Assembly (NCBI GenBank): GCA_965242725.1 | Contig: CBDESZ010000017.1 | Span: 1-64,000 of the forward strand | DNA length: 64,000 nt | Reading direction: 5' to 3' | Source: Alkalispirochaeta sp. | GTDB taxonomy: Bacteria > Spirochaetota > Spirochaetia > DSM-27196 > Alkalispirochaetaceae | Shown: one piece after another, positions 58,932 to 64,000 of the stretch | Layout: the number at the start of each line of letters is the position of its first letter | Numbering within the stretch: position 1 is the first letter of the stretch | Notes under the pieces: model-generated | The model's database searches: none | What the model was told of the DNA's origin: nothing | The model's input: only the letters and a program-made list of their open reading frames with translations | Translations under genes and position numbers: made by a program

Positions 58932-61040
58932 TCACCCGTCCAAAGACACAACGATGCCCTCTCCGCTGCCGACTTCTGCGACATAGAGAGACCCTCCCCG
59001 GTCGATAAGGGGGAATGGTTCCGCCTGCCGACGTCCTTCTTCAGTTGAAAAGGCGAGGGTACCCGTCTTTGCCTGCTCCTTCGTTCCGAGGGGGACTTTC
59101 AAGTGTTGAACGGGCTTCTCCGCATAGTTCACCACAAAGAGATACATACCGACGCGCCACGCGACATACGCCGTTCCGCCCGTCCCGTCCGGAGGAAGGA
59201 GCATAGTCACCCGTTCTCCCGCAAGGGAGGGCAGAAGCTCTTCCGCGAAGAGGCGTATTCTCATAACGTGATAGAAGAGGTATCCGTTCTCACCGAAACG
59301 GAAGGGGCCGGCGGTTGCCTTGGGACCGTCTGACTCGTGAAAGACGTAGAGTTTTGTGTAATGCTCGTTCGGCGCCCGTTGAAAATGGGGATCCCGGCAT
59401 TCAAAGTTCAACGCCGTATAGGACGGCATATCCACGAGAAAAAGGGCGGTGAAATATCGTGCTTCGTTGCCCCTGAGGTAGTAGTCGTCAAATCGCGGAT
59501 CGTCCTTGTCCGCCGTCATAACCGTAAATGACGGTGTAACGCGGCGGGTATCCATAATATCCCGATAGAGACGGAAGCGCCGGAAAAACTCGGGATCGTC
59601 CACCCGCAGGGATTGCAGGTCGCCAAGGGTTACCTCGGAACCACACGCCTCCAGGTGGTCCACCTCGTTACCGTACGCCATCGTACCCGGTGGTGCGATG
59701 AAAGACTCGGCGAAATAGGCAAAAGAGGGTGCGCCGTTATCCCGGCGAACGGCGGCGGCAATCGATCCGAGGAGATCATAGTACTCGTCGGGATACGGTG
59801 GCGTGCCGTCACGACGCATCTGGACGTGGGACATATCTCCCCGCATAAAGTCGAATCCATACCGGTCCTGGAGGGACGCGTAGAAGCGCTGCACCTCTTC
59901 CCACACCTCCCGTCGGGGACGGGAAAAGTCGATCTCCCACTTCCGATTGTCGTCCAGACGCTCATAGAGTTTATACCTCGCCAGCGGCCCGAAGACACGG
60001 GACATCGGCTCCGGATCGGTGAAGGTGTACTCCCGCCAGATGTGGCCGTCTTCATCACGGTGAAATGAATCGGTGTCCACTCGCAAGCCCCGGTAGGGTG
60101 GTGCCATCGTGGCCGGGACCGGTTCATACCCCACCCTGTAAATGAAGCGGGCAATCGCCTTCCGACGGGAGGAGCGCTGCGAGGGGTCCCCGGACGGCCC
60201 GAAAAGCAGATACTCCCGCTCCGCGACGGGAGTGGAATCATCGAATATCGCCTCAATGGCGGCGTGTTCGATGGGACGCCCGTCCGCCGCCCCGTATTGT
60301 CGAAGAAACACTTGTATCCGTTCCATCACCTCTTCATGGAGATCGGCCCGGTGGTCGACAATACGCGTATCCTCCCGTCGAAGCCATTCGAAATGGTGAG
60401 GAAAGGCAAGGACCACTTCTGAAAATCGATCGGTGTGGGGAATGACGTCCATGCCGACCGACTTGCCGAGAAGGTGCAGCAAATTCACCGCCCCCTTTAA
60501 CTGCCGGGCGGGAGTGTTCAAGTGGGGAAAGAGATCGGCGACCGAGGCGCTGTAGAACTCGCCGTTGATATGACGGCTGCTCATCCCGTAAAGACTGCCG
60601 ACGACTCCGGGCTCCCATATCGGCAGTATATGGATTGAATCATGAACGCGGGAGAGCGTGAGGGCGTACTTCACGACACCAAAGAAATCTCCAACGGTTC
60701 GGACGTTGACGCCGACCATGTTGGTCCGACGAATCCATTCCGTGTCGGTACGGTACGTCGCGGGGCCACGAATCGAAGAAGGCATTTCGTCGGCGGATCG
60801 CGCCGGATCGGTACAACCGGGAGAAACGGCGAGATCTGCATCTCCGCCGAAACGACCGCGCAATGTATCAAAAAGCTCCTCCACTGTAAGCAGAAGGGCG
60901 TCGGCAGGTAACACATTAAGGCATGCATCACTTTGTCCGGTACGGAATAGTGATGCGGTCGTTCCGTCGTCGGCGGACCGCAGCTCACGGATCGCTTCTA
61001 CGGTCTTGCCGAGGCGCGCCGCCGAACCGTACCAATCCAT
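58932..61040 (-). CDS. Divergent alpha-amylase (GH13-like) family protein
   Basis: IHILPIWEPG..GSLYG, VGMDVIPH, FDFMRGDMSH, YFAESF, TADKDD resembling GH13 conserved regions. Confidence 0.65.
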   Translation of the reverse strand: MDWYGSAARLGKTVEAIRELRSADDGTTASLFRTGQSDACLNVLPADALLLTVEELFDTLRGRFGGDADLAVSPGCTDPARSADEMPSSIRGPATYRTDTEWIRRTNMVGVNVRTVGDFFGVVKYALTLSRVHDSIHILPIWEPGVVGSLYGMSSRHINGEFYSASVADLFPHLNTPARQLKGAVNLLHLLGKSVGMDVIPHTDRFSEVVLAFPHHFEWLRREDTRIVDHRADLHEEVMERIQVFLRQYGAADGRPIEHAAIEAIFDDSTPVAEREYLLFGPSGDPSQRSSRRKAIARFIYRVGYEPVPATMAPPYRGLRVDTDSFHRDEDGHIWREYTFTDPEPMSRVFGPLARYKLYERLDDNRKWEIDFSRPRREVWEEVQRFYASLQDRYGFDFMRGDMSHVQMRRDGTPPYPDEYYDLLGSIAAAVRRDNGAPSFAYFAESFIAPPGTMAYGNEVDHLEACGSEVTLGDLQSLRVDDPEFFRRFRLYRDIMDTRRVTPSFTVMTADKDDPRFDDYYLRGNEARYFTALFLVDMPSYTALNFECRDPHFQRAPNEHYTKLYVFHESDGPKATAGPFRFGENGYLFYHVMRIRLFAEELLPSLAGERVTMLLPPDGTGGTAYVAWRVGMYLFVVNYAEKPVQHLKVPLGTKEQAKTGTLAFSTEEGRRQAEPFPLIDRGGSLYVAEVGSGEGIVVSLDG

Positions 61041-61681
61041 CACACAAATTCCACATCGTAATCGCGGGAAATGACGATATTCGCCTGCCGCCGGTGAGGT
61101 GCAATAATGTCGTGTTCAACCTTCAGTACTTCTTCGATAAACGGATCAAAGAGCTCCCGTGCGCGCCGCTTGCGCGCGGGCAATGTATCATTGTAGTCCC
61201 TGGCGATGAAGACGTGTACGTCCGCTTCATCAAGGATGGTGGTATAGGTCCCTTCCGCGATAATGACACGAAGCCCCTCGGTGTTCAGCTCTTCCTCGAT
61301 GATCGTGTCTTTTTCATAGATCACCAGAGGTTTGGCCAGCTTCTTCACGCCGCTCTTCAGCTGCCGCAAATGACCGTTCAGGTCGTCAAGCTTAACCTCA
61401 CCCGTCCCGACCCAGGATTGGTCGGACCGGCGCCTCGCATCGTTCGATTTTGGAGGCAGGACGAAGTAGTCGTCCTGTTGCAGGACGATCGCGGGAAAAC
61501 CGGCGACCTCAAAGGCCTCCTTCAACGCCTGTCCCATCTCGGACTTTCCACTTCCCGATTCACCGGCAACGGTCAGTGCCAGAGGTCGGTCGAGGAAAGA
61601 AAGTCGGGACTGCAACGCTTCCACAATGACTGCAGCAGCATTCCGGTGATGTTCCTCAATGATAATGACGTCACCATGCAT
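61040..61681 (-). CDS. P-loop kinase of the uridine kinase/phosphoribulokinase superfamily
   Basis: VAGESGSGKSE, QDDYF, IIAEGTY, RKRRARE; GGAGG RBS. Confidence 0.75.
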   Translation of the reverse strand: MHGDVIIIEEHHRNAAAVIVEALQSRLSFLDRPLALTVAGESGSGKSEMGQALKEAFEVAGFPAIVLQQDDYFVLPPKSNDARRRSDQSWVGTGEVKLDDLNGHLRQLKSGVKKLAKPLVIYEKDTIIEEELNTEGLRVIIAEGTYTTILDEADVHVFIARDYNDTLPARKRRARELFDPFIEEVLKVEHDIIAPHRRQANIVISRDYDVEFV

Positions 61682-61764
61682 CGACAGCCTCCATGTAAAT
61701 TGGTTTATCCAACCAACGTACTAAAGAAATGCCCATTTGTCAACGTTCCCGGGGGGCATTTCCC

Positions 61765-62280
61765 TCAGTCAATAGTCCCGATGTAGGGCAACCAGCGGTA
61801 TTTCTGGTCGAAATCGATTCCGTAACCGACGATAAAGAGATCGGGGATCTCCTTTCCCACATATTTCACCGGCACCTCCGCCTGACGCCGTGCGGGCTTA
61901 TCGATGAGGGTACATATTTCAAGGCTCGCAGGCCCTTCTAAAAGCAGCCGCTCTCTGATCCTGCTCAAGGTGAGACCGGTATCGATGATGTCCTCCACGA
62001 TCAATACGTGCCGCTCATGCACCGACTCATTGAGACCTTTCAGGATGACCAGCTCGCCCGTACTCTCCCTGCCGGCATATGACGTGGCCGCCATGAAATC
62101 GACTTCCGCCGGAATATTCAACGCCCGCATGAGGTCGGACATAAAGACAAAGGAGCCTTTCAGGAGTCCGATCATGAGCAGGTCTTTTCCGTCATAGTCA
62201 TCACGTATGCGTCGAGCCAGCTCCGATACCGTTTCTTTGATTTCCTCTTCAGTGAGGACCGGGTGAAGTTCAGGTTTCAT
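61765..62280 (-). CDS. hpt: Hypoxanthine phosphoribosyltransferase
   Basis: LLKGSFVFMSDL, VEDIIDTGLT, FIVGYGID, YRWLPYI. Confidence 0.95.
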   Translation of the reverse strand: MKPELHPVLTEEEIKETVSELARRIRDDYDGKDLLMIGLLKGSFVFMSDLMRALNIPAEVDFMAATSYAGRESTGELVILKGLNESVHERHVLIVEDIIDTGLTLSRIRERLLLEGPASLEICTLIDKPARRQAEVPVKYVGKEIPDLFIVGYGIDFDQKYRWLPYIGTID

Positions 62281-62339
62281 GGGGAATGAGTATACATGCG
62301 GGCGGCCACAATTAACATCGGGTTATGAAGATCGGGCAA

Positions 62340-62726
62340 TCAAGAACGGGATGCATTATAGTCGCGGACTGATTTTGTGATCATATCCAGAAGCGAATCG
62401 TCAAGCTCTCCCCGCTCCTCCTGCAGGCGGAGTATGACCTCTTCAGGTACGGGACCGGCGTCACCATAGAGGATTGCCGTCGCTTTCCAGGGACGTCCGC
62501 GCCCGTCGTCGCCGCTGGAGACATAATGACTGCTACGTTTGTTTCGATGCCACGTAAAGGCGCGCTCGACCTTGTTGCGGTTATAGCAGAGCTGAAATCC
62601 CACAAGCTCCCCCGCTGCCGATTCGTACCAGACGATCACATCAAAGAAATCGTTCACAAACCAGCGTCGAAATCCTTCGTCCGGTCGCTGTCGAACACCT
62701 TTATGTTCCACCAGGGGCTCACTCAT
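62340..62726 (-). CDS. Hypothetical protein (~128 aa)
   Basis: Start re-called at 62726 (TATTAT 6 nt upstream); globular-looking RRWF..FDVIVWY..GFQLCY..ERAFTW. Confidence 0.65.
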   Translation of the reverse strand: MSEPLVEHKGVRQRPDEGFRRWFVNDFFDVIVWYESAAGELVGFQLCYNRNKVERAFTWHRNKRSSHYVSSGDDGRGRPWKATAILYGDAGPVPEEVILRLQEERGELDDSLLDMITKSVRDYNASRS

Positions 62727-62802
62727 GGTGTAATAATACCGCACATTTCGCCCTTTGGCGTCGTCAACCCCGGTTGGAATGGACGCCTGCCGGGCGGATG
62801 CG

Positions 62803-63843
62803 TTACAACAGCGGGATTCCGGCGGAACGGCACGCCTCTTCCATCTCCGGCGGCCATATTCCGGACTGTATTTCGCCGATATGGGCCTTTCGCAGATAGA
62901 ACATGGCGAGACGACTCTGACCGATGCCGCCGCCGATAGATAAGGGAAGGTCGCCCGCAAGCAGACGTCGGTGGAAAGACAGTTCCCGCCGCTCCTCAAC
63001 GCCGCGAATGGTCAGCTGCCGCTCAAGGGCTTCACGGTCAACACGGACACCCATGGACGAGAGCTCAAATGCCATGTCGAGGACACGATTATACACGAGA
63101 ATATCGCCGTTCAGCCCGCGATAGTCCGGCGCAATTTCGGTTGACCAGTCGTCATAGTCGGGAGCACGTCCGTCATGGATCGAACCGTCGCCGAGGGCAC
63201 CGCCAATACCGATGACAAAGACCGCACCATGTTCCCGACAGATCTCCCGCTCACGTTCCTTGGGCGCAAGTCCGGGATAGCGGCGACGGAGATCTTCGGC
63301 GTGGATAAAGGTAATCCCCCGCGGCAACTCCGGCGTCAGCTCATCATATTCATGACAGATGTGACGTTCGGTTCTGCGGATCACATCGTAAATGATCTCC
63401 ACCGTCTCTTTCAGCGTTTCTATGGTTCGTTCTTCAGGTGTGATTGTCCGTTCCCAGTCCCACTGGTCGACGTATATTGAATGGGTGTTGTCCATGGCGT
63501 CGTCCGGTCGGAGGGCATTCATGTCCGTATACAGTCCCTCTCCCGGTTGAAAACCGAGGTCACCAAGGGCGACCCGTTTCCATTTTGCCAAAGACTGAAC
63601 GATTTCCGCCTCACGGTCGCCGAGACCGCCGATGTGGAAGCGAACGGGGCGCTCGACCCCGTTGAGATCGTCATTGATACCGGTCCCCGATTTTACGAAA
63701 AGCGGTGCCGTTACACGAATGAGGTTGAGCTCATAGGCCAAGGCGGTCTGAAATGCGTCCTTGATCGTCTGTATCGCCCGCTCAGTGTGGCGGGCGTCCA
63801 AAATCGGAACATACCCCGGGGGAATGATTAACGTGTCGCTCAT
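62803..63843 (-). CDS. asnA: Aspartate-ammonia ligase
   Basis: DDLNGVERPV, QSLAKWKR, HSIYVDQWDWE, RAPDYDDW, ELSSMG, SIGGGIGQSR. Confidence 0.96.
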   Translation of the reverse strand: MSDTLIIPPGYVPILDARHTERAIQTIKDAFQTALAYELNLIRVTAPLFVKSGTGINDDLNGVERPVRFHIGGLGDREAEIVQSLAKWKRVALGDLGFQPGEGLYTDMNALRPDDAMDNTHSIYVDQWDWERTITPEERTIETLKETVEIIYDVIRRTERHICHEYDELTPELPRGITFIHAEDLRRRYPGLAPKEREREICREHGAVFVIGIGGALGDGSIHDGRAPDYDDWSTEIAPDYRGLNGDILVYNRVLDMAFELSSMGVRVDREALERQLTIRGVEERRELSFHRRLLAGDLPLSIGGGIGQSRLAMFYLRKAHIGEIQSGIWPPEMEEACRSAGIPLL

Positions 63844-63928
63844 GTTGCGACTATATCAGATCACCCGCCCGGGGGCGAGGAGGCCTTCCGATGACGGAGA
63901 TCCGTCAATCACGAAAGGCCCACGATCG

Positions 63929-64000
63929 CTATCGCCGGGCCGCCCCCAACAGGCCGATATGCTTTTCAAAGTGGTGTCGCAGCATCTCAGAGTATTCGTT
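63929..64000 (-). CDS. Probable C-terminal end of a gene continuing beyond the window
   Basis: Open frame NEYSEMLRHHFEKHIGLLGAARR* from the window edge; too short to identify. Confidence 0.35.
   Translation of the reverse strand, partial: NEYSEMLRHHFEKHIGLLGAARR

Overview
GC-rich bacterial chromosome segment. Gene order (pyrG-lptCAB-rpoN-hpf-hprK-ptsH...lexA-holA, separate cheR-cheB) and an archaeal/eukaryote-type PheRS suggest a free-living spirochete (Spirochaetaceae-like; inference). It is mostly housekeeping: three ABC importers (branched-chain amino acid, aromatic amino acid-type, glycine betaine), thrH, pheST, uvrC, a purK-E-L-C-F-M-N cluster, the rpoN/PTS/lexA operon, cheRB, lipB, cls, hpt and asnA. 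I found no rRNA, tRNA, CRISPR array or mobile element. Highlights: (1) an overlapping three-gene module after pheT encoding a divergent NDK-like protein, a cNMP-binding + nucleoside-phosphorylase-fold protein and an orphan ParA, a candidate undescribed cyclic-nucleotide-controlled nucleotide-processing system; (2) a guanine riboswitch with terminator/antiterminator inside the pur cluster, before purC; (3) many promoters with a leaderless layout, including a pyrG start region resembling CTP-sensing start-site switches; (4) a coupled P-loop kinase + GH13-like gene pair; (5) about ten single-base homopolymer indels (pheS, pheT, cyclase, cNMP gene) that are most likely sequencing errors. All family assignments are from motif recognition; no database searches were run.
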